Of a stretch of 64,000 bases of DNA, positions 29,570-39,829 are shown in pieces. The stretch is taken from the NCBI GenBank assembly GCA_963779415.1, contig CAVZYA010000002.1, positions 832,001-896,000 of the forward strand, written 5' to 3'. The position numbers and the translations under genes were made by a program. The first letter of the stretch is position 1, and each line of letters opens with the position of its first letter. The DNA is from an uncultured Acidobacteriota bacterium (GTDB lineage: Bacteria > Acidobacteriota > Thermoanaerobaculia > UBA5066). Under the pieces are notes generated by a model. It did no database searches. It was not told where the DNA came from and worked only from the letters and a program-made list of their open reading frames with translations.

Positions 29570-32430
29570 ATGCGGCGATATCTGGCGGTCTCCCTTCTCT
29601 GTGCGGCCGTCGCGGGGCTCAGTGCACCGCAGGCGGACGCCCAGACCAACCCGACCCTTCTCAGGCTTCCCGGGATGAGGGCGGCCGGGTCGATCTCGCG
29701 GGATACCTACGGGATCCCGTCGATCTGGGCGCTCAACGCGTGGGACCTTTTCTACCTCCAGGGCTATGTCCACGCGAACGACCGTCTCTTCCAGATGGAT
29801 ACCCTCCGCCGGCAGGCCTCCGGAACGCTGGCGGAGCTGCTCGGGCCGGGCGCGCTCGCGAGCGACGTCCAGCTCCGGACGATGGGACTCCGCCGGGCGG
29901 CGATGGGCTCGCTCGCGGCGCTCTCTCCCCAGGCGATGGAGGCGATGGAGGCCTATTCGGCCGGTGTCAACCAGTGGGTCGCCACCCACTCGCTCCCGCC
30001 GGAGTACGCCGCCCTCAGCCTGACGAAGTTCGCTCCGTGGACGCCGCTCGACAGCGTCACCGTCGGCAAGGCGCTCGCCTTCCAGCTCTCGTTCGACCTC
30101 GACACGACTCCAACCATCGCGCTCCTGACGTATCAGGCGGTCGGGAAGGTCGTCGGGTTCGACGGTACGGCTCTCTTCGCCGAGGATCTCTGGCGCTCCT
30201 CGCCGTTCGACCCGTTCACGACGCTCGGCAGCGCCAACACGCCCCGTTCGACCGCTCCGGGGAAGATGGAGTTCACGACCCACCAGGCCGTCGCAGGCGA
30301 AACGGAGGAAGCCCGTGCCGCGGGTCTCGAAGCGCTCTCGAAGGCCGCCGACGACATGCTGGCCAGCGGGACGCTCGATCTCGCGCTCGCGTTCGAGCAG
30401 AAGGCGCGGCAGGTGCCGCTCCTGGTTGACATCCTCGACAACAGGCGTCCCGCCAGCTCGAACGAGTGGGCCGTGGTTCCGGCCCTGACGGCCGACGGCC
30501 AGCCGCTCCTCGCCAACGACCCGCATCTCACGCTCTCGACACCCGCAATCTGGTATCCGATCTCCCTCCGGGGGGGCGGATTCAACGTCGCCGGGAACAG
30601 CTTTGCCGGAGCGCCGTTCGTCATCCACGGCCAGAACGAGAACGTCGCCTGGGGCTCGACCGTCCATCCGATGGACGTGACGGACACGTTCCAGGAGACG
30701 GTCATCCCGGCTCCCGGCTCCCCGGTGGGATACGCGACCGTCTACAAGGGGACGGCGGAGCCCATCATCGCGATCGCCGAGGTGTTCAAGACCAACAACC
30801 CCGGATCGGGGATCAAGGACAACATCACGGTCGTCCCCCCGAGCGGCTCCATCCCCCCGGCCTCGCTCGTGATGCCGCGCCGCGACTACGGTCCGATCAT
30901 CACCCCCGACACCCTCGCCTCCGGCTCGGTTCTCAGCGTCCAGTACACGGGATGGAGCCGGACGCGTGAGCTCGAGGCGTTCATGCGGATCGACCTCGCA
31001 ACGTCGGTGGCGGAAGTGAAAGCCGCCCTCCAATACTTCGACTGCGGCTCGCAGAACTTCGCCGTCATCGACACCTACGGAACCGTCGCGTACCTGACGA
31101 GCGCCGAGCTGCCGATCCGCGAGGACCTCCAGAGCAACACCGTCAACGGGTCCCCCCCTGGCTCATCCGGAACGGCTCGGGCGGAAACGAGTGGCTGTCC
31201 CCTCCCTCCCCGCTTCCCGAGGACCAGGCCGTCCCCCACCAGATTCTTCCGTACGCGGAAATGCCCCAGGCCGTCAACCCGGCCGCGGGGTGGTTCGCCA
31301 ACGGAAACAATGACCCCGTTGGCACGTCGCTCGAGAACAACCCTCTCGGCACGCAGAGGCCGGGCGGGGGCATCTTCTATCTCGACGTCGGCTACGGATA
31401 CGACGGCTTCCGGGGAGGCCGGATCGCGCAGCTGATCAGGCAGAAGATCGCCGCGGGCGTGAAGTTCACGCGGGCCGACTTTGCCCAGATCCAGGCCGAC
31501 AGCGGGATGATCGACGCGCAGGTCTTCGTCCCGTACATCAGGACGGCGTTCGCCGACGCCAACGCCCCCGGAGCCGATCCGACCCTCGCCGCCCTCGGCC
31601 AGGACCCCGCGATCGTCGCGGCGGTGGCACGGCTCGCCGCGTGGGACTTCTCGACGCCGACGGGTCTCAAGGCCGGCTACGACGCGGGGAAGGCGGCGGG
31701 GGTCGACCCGACTCCCGCGCAGGTATCGGCCAGCGTCGCCGCGACCCTCTATGCCGTCTGGAGGAGCGAATTCGTCGCGAACACGATCGACGTCGTCCTG
31801 AACGCCATGCAGCTGCCGATTCCACCGGACTCGACGACCCTGGTGGCTCTCCGGCACCTCCTGGACACCTTCTCGACGGGCGGCGGCGTCGGAGCGTCGG
31901 GCCTCGATTTCTTCAACGTTCCCGGCGTGGCCAATGCCGCCGACCGGCGCGACATCCTGATCCTCAAGAGCGTGGCGGACGGGCTCGGGCTCCTCTCCAG
32001 CAACGCCTTCGCCCCGGCCTTCGCGGGCTCGACGAACCTCGATGACTACCGCTGGGGCAAGCTCCACCGGATCGTCTTCGATCACATACTGGGAGAGCCG
32101 TTCAGCATACCGATTGCGGGAGGAGCCTTCCCGAACCCGCTCGGCGACGCCCTCCCGGGCATCCCGCGGCAGGGGGGATACGAGGTCGTCGACCGCTCCG
32201 ACAACGCCGTCCGCGCGAAAACCGTGAACGGGTTCATGTTCAGCCACGGGCCTTCGAGACGGTACCTTGGCGAGGCGACCCCGACCGGGATCGTCGGCCA
32301 GAACACCCTCCCGGGCGGCGTCAGCGGCGTCCTCGGGGACCCGAACTACTTCAGTCTCCTCCCGCTCTGGCTTGTCGACGCGTACTACTCGCTGACCGTC
32401 CAGTCGGGTCCCGTGATCCCCTGGCAATGA
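29570..32430 (+). CDS. Penicillin/AHL acylase family Ntn hydrolase (frameshift near 31155)
   Basis: RDTYGIPSI, QGYVHANDRLFQMD, nucleophile SNEWAV, LANDPHL, QNF, WGKLH, GPSRRY. Confidence 0.9.
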
Positions 32431-32458
32431 GGAGATAGCCGTCCGGCTTCCGGCGAGA

Positions 32459-32487
32459 GCGGCGGGTCACCCCGCCGCTTTTTTCTT
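32459..32487 (+). terminator. Rho-independent terminator
   Basis: GCGGCGGG-TCAC-CCCGCCGC followed by a T tract. Confidence 0.75.
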
Positions 32488-32538
32488 CGCGGCTCTCGTG
32501 GTCCCTGGATCTCCGGGTCGCGCGGGGGGGGAAGTAAG

Positions 32539-32615
32539 TGGTGGAGCTGAACGGGATCGAACCGTCGACCTCCTGAGTGCGATTCAGGCGCTCTCCCAAA
32601 CTGAGCTACAGCCCC
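32539..32615 (-). tRNA. tRNA-Ala (anticodon CGC)
   Basis: GGGGCTGTAGCTCAGTTTGGGAGAGCGCCTGAATCGCACTCAGGAGGTCGACGGTTCGATCCCGTTCAGCTCCACCA; G3:U70 pair, encoded CCA. Confidence 0.96.
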
Positions 32616-32681
32616 ACCTGTTCGGGACAGGACCGCGGAGCGTAGCGGGAAGCGCCCGGGGCGTCAATTCACGGGGAATCG

Positions 32682-33914
32682 TCAGCTCCGGATCGTGGAG
32701 ACGGCCGGAACGGGACGGAGGAGGTCCTTGAGGCTCGTCCCCTGGAGGACGCCACGCTCCTCGCGCGTCGCGCGAATGAAGACCTCGCGGAGCGTCGTCG
32801 CGACCCGGTCGTCCTCGCCCGGCACGGCTCGCGGCGCGGACTCGCCGATGGCCCGCGCGACCGCCCAGACGGAGATCTCGTCGGGCGGGCGGGCGAGAAC
32901 GTAGGCCCCGGAGGGGTCGCGCCGAACGAGGCCGTCGACGACGAGGCGCGCCAGGACGGTCTCGACCTGGTCCACGGGACGCTCGACGGCCTCGACGATC
33001 GCGGGGAGCAGGCGAGAGGCGCGGTCCGCCTCCCAGGCCGTGGCGAGCGGCATGAGAATCGAGACGGCCTCGTAGAGGCGGAGGCCGTGCCCGGTCCGGG
33101 CGGGGGCGTCCTGGCCGGAAAGCTCCTCGCGGTACTGGACCGCATGCGCGAAGGCCACGCCGAGAAGGATGATGGCGAAGGCGATGCCGACCGCGAGGAT
33201 GAAGATGACGGCCGCCGAGATCGGGCCGTAGATGTACGACATCGTCGACCGGAACGACGTGAGAATGCGCGCGCTTCTCGCGAAGACGATCCGGAGGATC
33301 GTCAGGCCGGCCGCGGAGAAAAGGGCAGCGGCGGCCGCCGGTCCCCACCGGACGCGAGCGCCCGGAAGGACACGGTAGAGGAGCAGCAGGACGGCAGAGG
33401 CCACGACGAGCCCGAGCCATCGGAACTCGTCGAAGGAGGCACCGCTCTCGAGAAGGAATGACGTGAAGATGCCGACGGCGACGGGGCCGACGACCATCAG
33501 CGCGAGCGCGATGGCGAGGCGCACGAGGAAGGGGCGCGGGTGCACGGTGGTCCCCCAGATGCTCTTGGCGGCCCCCTCGATCTGGAAAAAGGTGCGGATC
33601 GAGGCCGCGAGGAAGAAGACCGACGCCCCTCCGGCGAGCCTCGCGGCCTGGTGCGCGAAGGTCTGGATGGCGTCGAGGACGTCGCGCCCGGCGCCCGGGA
33701 CGACCCATCGGATGACCCGGTAGAGGCCCGTGCCGCTCGCGCCGAGGACCGTGGAGGTGAGAAACGTGACGGCCGCCATGAGCGGGACGATCGTCAGAAG
33801 CGAGGAGTAGGCGAGCGAGCCGGCGAGGTCGAGCCCCCGCGCGTCCTGGAAGCGGTGGAACGTGCCGCGGAGGACGGCCCGGACCCGGCCGGCGGTCTCG
33901 CGAATGGGGGACAT
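32682..33914 (-). CDS. YihY/BrkB family membrane protein with C-terminal Rrf2-like wHTH
   Basis: LAGSLAYSSLLTIVP, LLYRVLP, IYGPISA; C-terminal YVLARPPDEISV. Confidence 0.85.
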   Translation of the reverse strand: MSPIRETAGRVRAVLRGTFHRFQDARGLDLAGSLAYSSLLTIVPLMAAVTFLTSTVLGASGTGLYRVIRWVVPGAGRDVLDAIQTFAHQAARLAGGASVFFLAASIRTFFQIEGAAKSIWGTTVHPRPFLVRLAIALALMVVGPVAVGIFTSFLLESGASFDEFRWLGLVVASAVLLLLYRVLPGARVRWGPAAAAALFSAAGLTILRIVFARSARILTSFRSTMSYIYGPISAAVIFILAVGIAFAIILLGVAFAHAVQYREELSGQDAPARTGHGLRLYEAVSILMPLATAWEADRASRLLPAIVEAVERPVDQVETVLARLVVDGLVRRDPSGAYVLARPPDEISVWAVARAIGESAPRAVPGEDDRVATTLREVFIRATREERGVLQGTSLKDLLRPVPAVSTIRS

Positions 33915-33998
33915 GGCGCTGCGATCGTATCGCCGCGGGGGCTCCCCCTCCGGTCCGGGTGTGAGAACATTCCGTCCCGTCGACAGGAGGATCCGTCC

Positions 33999-34292
33999 AT
34001 GGCCGACACGCCCAATCTCGAGAACGCGGCAAAGGTGGTCGAAGAGAAGATCGACGCGACCCGCGAGAGCCTCGCGGACCGCGGCGCCAGGGTCCGCTCG
34101 AAGCTGGACGACGTCGCGGGTGACGTCCGGCAGAAGGCGCGCGAGCTGCGCGACCGGATCGCGGACACCTCGTGGGACGACGTCGTCGACAAGACGTCGA
34201 GCTTCGTCCGGGACAATCCCGGCAAGGCGATCGGAATCGCCCTCGCGGCCGGTTTCGTCCTCGGCTTCCTGCTCCGGCGGAGAGACGACTGA
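33999..34292 (+). CDS. DUF883 (ElaB/YqjD) family protein
   Basis: FVRDNPGKAIGIALAAGFVLGFLLRR tail anchor; RBS AGGAGG. Confidence 0.85.
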   Translation: MADTPNLENAAKVVEEKIDATRESLADRGARVRSKLDDVAGDVRQKARELRDRIADTSWDDVVDKTSSFVRDNPGKAIGIALAAGFVLGFLLRRRDD

Positions 34293-34579
34293 TGCCCGCT
34301 CCCGAGGTCCGTCCGCCGGCCCCGCACGGGGCGTCGCCGGAGGGGCCTGTCGGTGGCGCCACCGGCGCCTTCGAGTTCCTGCCGCGGGACTTCGACTGGA
34401 AGGCGAGCGCGATCTCGACCGTGCAGCGCTACCCGATCCCGTGCCTTCTCGGCGCGGCCGTGGCCGGTTTCTGGCTCGGACGAACGCGCGGCCGCGCGAT
34501 CGCGGGCGTCGCCGTCGGCGCTCTCGGGAACCTTGCCGTCAAGGAGATCTCAAGGCTCGTCCAGAGCAGGGAATTCTGA
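34292..34579 (+). CDS. Small membrane-anchored hypothetical protein
   Basis: TGATG overlap; VQRYPIPCLLGAAVAGFWLGR. Confidence 0.65.
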   Translation: MPAPEVRPPAPHGASPEGPVGGATGAFEFLPRDFDWKASAISTVQRYPIPCLLGAAVAGFWLGRTRGRAIAGVAVGALGNLAVKEISRLVQSREF

Positions 34580-34628
34580 CCGGCCGGAAGTCCGGGACTG
34601 CGGTCCGCCGGCGTCGTAGACTGGCGGC

Positions 34629-35750
34629 ATGGAGCGGATCGCGCGCGCGCACCCCTCGATCCTGGTCTTCGCCGCGTCGGCGGGGTGAGCGTGCAAGCTG
34701 GGTCAGTCTGACCTCACGAGGCTGCTGGAAGCTCTGCCGCGGGTTTCGGACCCGCGCGCTCTCGTCGGATACGAGTCTTCCGACGACGCGGCCGTCTTCC
34801 GCCTCGGCCGGAGGGGCGACCCGGACGCCGAGACGATCCTCTCGACGCTCGATTTCTTCACTCCCGTGGTCGAGTCGCCCTTCGACTTCGGACGGATCGC
34901 GGCGGCGAACGCTCTCTCCGACGTCTGGGCGATGGGGGGCGAGCCCCTCTTCGCGCTGAACGTCGTCGGCTTTCCGACGAAGGCGCTTCCGCTCGAGGTC
35001 CTCGGCGAGATCCTGAGGGGCGGCGCGGAGGTCGCCGCAGAAGCCGGCATCCCGATCCTCGGCGGACATTCGATGGACTTCGACGTCCCGGTCTACGGGA
35101 TGGCGGTGACGGGGCGGGCGAAGGCCTCCGCGATCCGGCGGAACGTCGGGGCGCGCCCGGGCGATGCGCTCGTCCTGACGAAGGCGCTCGGCACCGGCAT
35201 CGTGACGGTGGCTCTCCGCGCGCGGGCTCTCGCCGCGGCGGAAGGGAAGCCGTTCGACGAGGAGACCGCCCCGACCCAGGCGGAGGAGGCGGCCGCGGTC
35301 GCCTCGATGGCGCGCCTCAACCGGAACGCCTCCCGGGTGGCGGCGCGCTTTCCGGTCTCGGCCGGGACGGACGTGACCGGCTTCGGCCTGCTCGGGCATC
35401 TCGGACCGATGCTCCGCGGTTCGGGCGTCGCGGCGGAGATCTCGGCCTCCGCGGTGCCGCTTCTTCCGGGAGCGCGCCGGCTCGTTTCGCGGGGTCGAGT
35501 GCCGGGCGGGACGAAGAAGAACCTCGCCGCCGCCAAAGGCGTGCTCGAAACGACGGGCGTCTCGGAAGAAGACCTCCTTCTCCTCGCCGACGCACAGACT
35601 TCGGGCGGGCTTCTCCTCTCCGTACGCGCCGACGAGGCGGGTCCCTTCGTCTCCGCGCTCCGGGAAGCGGGTGATACCGCCGCGGCACGAATCGGGAGCA
35701 TCCTTCCCTCCGGCACCTTGCCCGAGGGGCACGCGAAGGTCCTTCCCTGA
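34629..35750 (+). CDS. selD: Selenide, water dikinase, selenocysteine-containing (UGA at 34686-34688)
   Basis: MERIARAHPSILVFAASAG-U-ACKLG, SSDDAAVF, DFFTPVV, AANALSDVWAMGG, DVTGFGLLGH, DAQTSGGLL, all in one frame across TGA. Confidence 0.92.
34701..34713 (+). promoter_or_regulatory. Putative SECIS hairpin
   Basis: GGTCA-GTC-TGACC stem-loop starting 13 nt after the in-frame UGA. Confidence 0.55.
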
Positions 35751-35766
35751 AGAGAAGGAGGCGACG

Positions 35767-36110
35767 ATGAGCGAACCGGAAAAGAAGGACGAGCAGGACT
35801 GGGTGGCGGTCAAGGCTGTTCCGAACGAGACGGAGGCCGCCCTTCTCGCGGGATTCCTCGACAGCGAGGGGATCCCGGCGCGCGTCGTGGACCGGAGCTT
35901 CCATCTCACGCCGACGGTGGAGGACAACGAACTCTCGCCGATCGCCGTGGCCGTTCCGAGGAACCGCCTCGCCGAGGCCGAGGCGCTTCTCGCCTCCCGC
36001 GAGTCGGGTTTTCCCCGGCCGGGGCGGACGAGGAGGCCCTCCTCACGGACGAGGGCCCGATACACGTCGATCCGGAGGGCCCCAAAGGAAAATCGGGCTC
36101 CCGCGGGTAG
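35767..36110 (+). CDS. DUF2007-like putative signal-transducing protein (3' end uncertain)
   Basis: WVAV...NETEAALLAGFLDSEGIPARV...VAVPRNRLAEAEALL; RBS AAGGAGG. Confidence 0.7.
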
Positions 36111-36125
36111 AATCCGCCGTCTCGG

Positions 36126-38095
36126 ATGGAAAAGGCTCCCGAACGAATCGGCCGGTACCGGATCCTTCGCGTCCTCGGAAAAGGCGCCATGGGGGTCGTG
36201 TATCTGGCTCACGACCCGCAGATCGACCGTGAGATCGCGCTCAAGACGATCCGCTTCTCCGAAGCGGAAGGGAGCTTCAACCCCGAAGAGGCGAAGGCCC
36301 GCTTCCTGAAGGAGGCGCGCATCTCGGGGCGCCTCCAGCACCCGAACATCGTGACCGTCTTCGACGTCGGCGAGGACGGCGGGACGCTCTTCCTCGCGAT
36401 GGAGTACGTGCCGGGCGGGAGCTTCTCCCAGCGGCTCGCCGACCCGGACTCGCTCCCGATCCACGAGCGGATCCGGATCACCGCGGAGGTGGCCGATGCG
36501 CTCGCCCACGCGCACGACCGGGGAGTCCTCCACCGCGACGTGAAGCCGGCCAACATCCTCCTGACGCCGCACCTCGACGCGAAGGTCACGGACTTCGGCA
36601 TCGGAAAGCTCCTCACGGGCGACACCGACCTCACCTCGACGGGCCAGATGGTCGGGTCGCCTGCCTACATGTCCCCCGAGCAGATCAAGGGAGACAAGCT
36701 GGACGCCCGGACGGACATCTTCTCCCTCGGCGTCGTCCTCTATCAGGCGATCACGCTCCGAAAGCCGTTCCCCGCCGACACGCTGACGACCCTCGTCTAC
36801 CAGATCCTCCACGAGGAGCCGCCGGACCCCTCCACGCTTCACGAGAATCTCCCCGCGGAGTACTCGCCGATCCTCCACAAGTGCCTCGCGAAAAAGCGGG
36901 AGGAACGCTATCAAGGCGCCGCGGAGCTGGCGGCGGACCTCCGGCACGCCCTCGGCGACGCGCCGGTGTCGAGGACGACGGGGCTGACCGCCTCCTGGGC
37001 CCCTCCGGTCCCCGACGCGACGGCCACGTCGGAAACTCCGACGCAGGCGACGCCGGCCGTCGATGCGGAATCGCCGACGATCACGGCCGGCCGCCGGATG
37101 GGCGAGGAGGCCGCGAAGGCCGAGAAGGCCGCGGTCCCGGCCTCCCGCCAAAGGGGCGCCGAAGAGGAAGAGCCGGAGCGCCGGTCGCCCTCCTTGCGAT
37201 CGGGGCCGTCGTTCTCGCGGGAATCGTCGGGATCGTCGCGCTCCGCCGGGGCGGCTCGCAGACAGCGGAGACCGGCGCGGAAACCACTCCGACGGCGGCC
37301 CCGGCGGTGGAAACTCCTGCCGCCGCGACAGCGGCGGAGCTCGCCCCCACGGTGACCCCGTATGTCCCGGCTCCTCCGACCCCTGAGGCCGCGACGACCT
37401 CTGCGAAAAAGGCCGCGAAGACGAAAGAGCCGAAGGAGCCGAAATCCGCTGCCACCACGCAGCCCTCCCCGACGGCGTCTTCGAAGAAACCCTCGTCCGC
37501 TTCGGCGGCCGCCACGGGCGCGCCGACCCGGCACACCGCCGACGCGACCTATTCCGTTCGCCGGCTCGTTAAGCTCGGCGTGACGCCGATCCAGGCCCGT
37601 GTCTTCCTCGACGGGAAGTACATCGGCGTCTGCGACGACTGGGACGACTCGGGGGGCGGGGCTCTCCTCTACTTCCGCGGCGAGGCGACGCACCGGCTCC
37701 GCTTCGCCTATCCCGGCTACAGGGATCTCCGGGTCGACATCCAGATCCGGAGCAACGCCCCCGACGACAAGATCGACGTGGAGCTGCCGTTACAGGCCGG
37801 TACGGGCGAAGGCCCGCCGGGTCCCTCGGGCGACTTTCGCCGGCCGAACTACCGGACGGTCGGCCCGGCCTTTTTTAACGTCGAGCCGCCCGACGCGTCC
37901 GTCAGCGTCGACGGCACGGTTCTCGGTTCCGCCTCGAAGTGGGCGACGGAGGAGCTGGCCCTCGACGGGCCGGCGGTTCACGAGGTCGTTCTCTCGGCCC
38001 CGGGGTACGAGACGGTCACCCTGCGCGTCCTCGTGGCCCAGACGGCCGGCGAGGCGCGGGCTTCCATCAAAGAGAAGCTGAAGAAGACGAACTGA
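36126..38095 (+). CDS. Membrane Ser/Thr kinase with C-terminal PEGA-like domains (frameshift near 37170)
   Basis: GKGAMG, ALK, HRDVKPAN, DFG, GSPAYMSPEQ; TM PVALLAIGAVVLAGIVGIVAL; VTPIQARVFLDG and VEPPDASVSVDG. Confidence 0.87.
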
Positions 38096-38177
38096 CCGTC
38101 GGCAGGCGTGTAGCCGGGGGTCCGGGGGCGATCGCGTTCGCAGCCAAGCCCCCGGCGAGCGAGAAGCTGAAGAAGAC
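38072..38177. repeat. Hairpin cassette copy 2 (38114-38160) between perfect 17 bp direct repeats of the kinase 3' end
   Basis: GAGAAGCTGAAGAAGAC at 38072 and 38161; core CCGGGGGTCCGGGGGCGATCGCGTTCGCAGCCAAGCCCCCGGCGAGC. Confidence 0.82.
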
Positions 38178-38206
38178 CCCGTAAACCGGGCTTCCCGGCT
38201 TGGAGG

Positions 38207-38235
38207 TTGACGCCCGGGGAGCGCCGTCCTATCGT
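38207..38235 (+). promoter_or_regulatory. Sigma70-like promoter of the gcv operon
   Basis: TTGACG-17 nt-TATCGT. Confidence 0.6.
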
Positions 38236-38249
38236 GGCTCGGCTTCACG

Positions 38250-39362
38250 ATGGATGCGCCTCCTTCCACGCCTCTGAAGCGGACCCCTCTCTACGACGCC
38301 CACAAGGCTCTCGGTGGGAAGCTGGTCTCCTTCGGCGGCTGGGAGATGCCGGTGGAGTATTCGGGCCTCGCGGACGAGCACCGCGCCGTCCGGGAGCGCG
38401 CCGGGGTCTTCGACGTCTCGCACATGGGCGAGATCCGCGTGAAGGGGCCGGGAGCGCTCGCCGCCGTCCAGCAGCTGACGTGCAACGACGCCGCGGCGCT
38501 CGTGGACGGGCAGATCCAGTACTCAGCCTTCCTCACCGAGCGCGGCACGTTCGTGGACGACCTTCTGACGCACCGCCTCGCCGCCGACGACTACCTCATC
38601 GTCGTGAACGCCGCCAACACGCCGAAGGACGTCGCGTGGGCCCTTCGCGCCACGCGGCCGGACGCCACGGTCGTGGACGAGTCTCCGGTGTGGGCCCAGA
38701 TCGCCCTCCAGGGTCCGAAGTCGCTCGCGATCCTCCAGCCGCTGACCGACGTCCCGCTCGAGAAGATGAAGTACTACCACTTCGGCACGGGACGCGTCGT
38801 CGACGTTCCCTCGATCGTCTCGCGGACGGGCTACACGGGGGAGGACGGATTCGAGGTCTACTGCCCGCCCGAGGCGGCACGAAAGGTGTGGGACGCGATC
38901 CTCGACGCCGGGCGCCCGCGCGGCGCCGTGCCGGCGGGGCTCGGGGCCCGCGACACGCTGCGGCTCGAGGCGAAGATGGCGCTCTACGGGAACGACATCG
39001 ACGACACGACGACCCCGTGGGAAGCCGACCTCGGGTGGATCGTGAAGATGAAGAAGGGGGAGTTCAACGGCCGCGCCGCGCTCGAGGCTCAGAAGGCGGC
39101 GGGGGTGACCCGGAAGCTCGTCGGCTTCGAAGTCACCGGTCGCGGTATCGCCCGCCACGGCCACTCCCTTACGGTGGACGCGACCGGAAAGTCCGGCGTC
39201 GTGACGTCGGGAACGCAGACCCCGACTCTCGGAAAGGCGATCGGGCTCGCGTACGTCCCCGTCGAGTCGTCGGCGGTCGGCACGGCCCTGACGATCGACG
39301 TGAGGAGCCGGAAGGTCCCGGCCGTGATCGTCCCGACCCCCTTCTACAAGCGGATGAAGTAG
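38250..39362 (+). CDS. gcvT: Glycine cleavage T protein
   Basis: LKRTPLY, FGGWEMPV, FDVSHMGE, SRTGYTGEDGFE, GLGARDTLRLEA. Confidence 0.96.
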   Translation: MDAPPSTPLKRTPLYDAHKALGGKLVSFGGWEMPVEYSGLADEHRAVRERAGVFDVSHMGEIRVKGPGALAAVQQLTCNDAAALVDGQIQYSAFLTERGTFVDDLLTHRLAADDYLIVVNAANTPKDVAWALRATRPDATVVDESPVWAQIALQGPKSLAILQPLTDVPLEKMKYYHFGTGRVVDVPSIVSRTGYTGEDGFEVYCPPEAARKVWDAILDAGRPRGAVPAGLGARDTLRLEAKMALYGNDIDDTTTPWEADLGWIVKMKKGEFNGRAALEAQKAAGVTRKLVGFEVTGRGIARHGHSLTVDATGKSGVVTSGTQTPTLGKAIGLAYVPVESSAVGTALTIDVRSRKVPAVIVPTPFYKRMK

Positions 39363-39384
39363 ACCGACCCTGCAGGAGAGAGCG

Positions 39385-39783
39385 ATGACCTCCTACCCGG
39401 ACGACCGCCGCTACACGAAGAGCCACGAATGGATCCGCCTCGATGGCGACATCGCGACAGTCGGTATCTCGGACCACGCGCAGAAGGAGCTGGGCGAGGT
39501 CGTCTTCGTCGACCTGCCGGAGACTGGTGAGCTCTTCGACGCCAAGGAGGAGTTCGGGACGATCGAGTCGGTCAAGGCCGTCTCGGAGCTGTTCCTGCCG
39601 GTGGCGGGGGAGATCCTCGAGACCAACCGGACGCTCGTCGATGAGCCCGCCGCGGTCAACGAGGACCCTCACGGGGACGGCTGGCTCGTGAAGATCAAGA
39701 TCTCGTCGGACGCGGAGTTCGACGAGCTGATGAACGCCGCCGCCTACGAGAAGTTCCTCGAAGAGGAAGAGAAGAAAGCCTGA
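39385..39783 (+). CDS. gcvH: Glycine cleavage H protein
   Basis: YTKSHEW, GISDHAQ, IESVKAVS lipoyl Lys, GDGWL. Confidence 0.96.
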   Translation: MTSYPDDRRYTKSHEWIRLDGDIATVGISDHAQKELGEVVFVDLPETGELFDAKEEFGTIESVKAVSELFLPVAGEILETNRTLVDEPAAVNEDPHGDGWLVKIKISSDAEFDELMNAAAYEKFLEEEEKKA

Positions 39784-39829
39784 CCCCGCCCCCCGCCCCC
39801 CTCCGAGCCGGGGGCCAAGGATTGGATCC

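Noticed and set aside
26000-32615. Possible island integrated at tRNA-Ala
   Set aside because: No integrase and no duplicated tRNA 3' end seen in the window.
12472-38177. CRISPR interpretation of the repeat plus variable sequence
   Set aside because: Two isolated copies 25 kb apart, no array and no cas genes.
38180-38250. Glycine riboswitch before gcvT
   Set aside because: The leader after the promoter is only a few nt; no aptamer motifs.
39781-39829. Possible degenerate third hairpin cassette (CCGGGGGCCAAG) after gcvH
   Set aside because: The match is short, with no CCCGGCGAGC end and no duplicated gene end.
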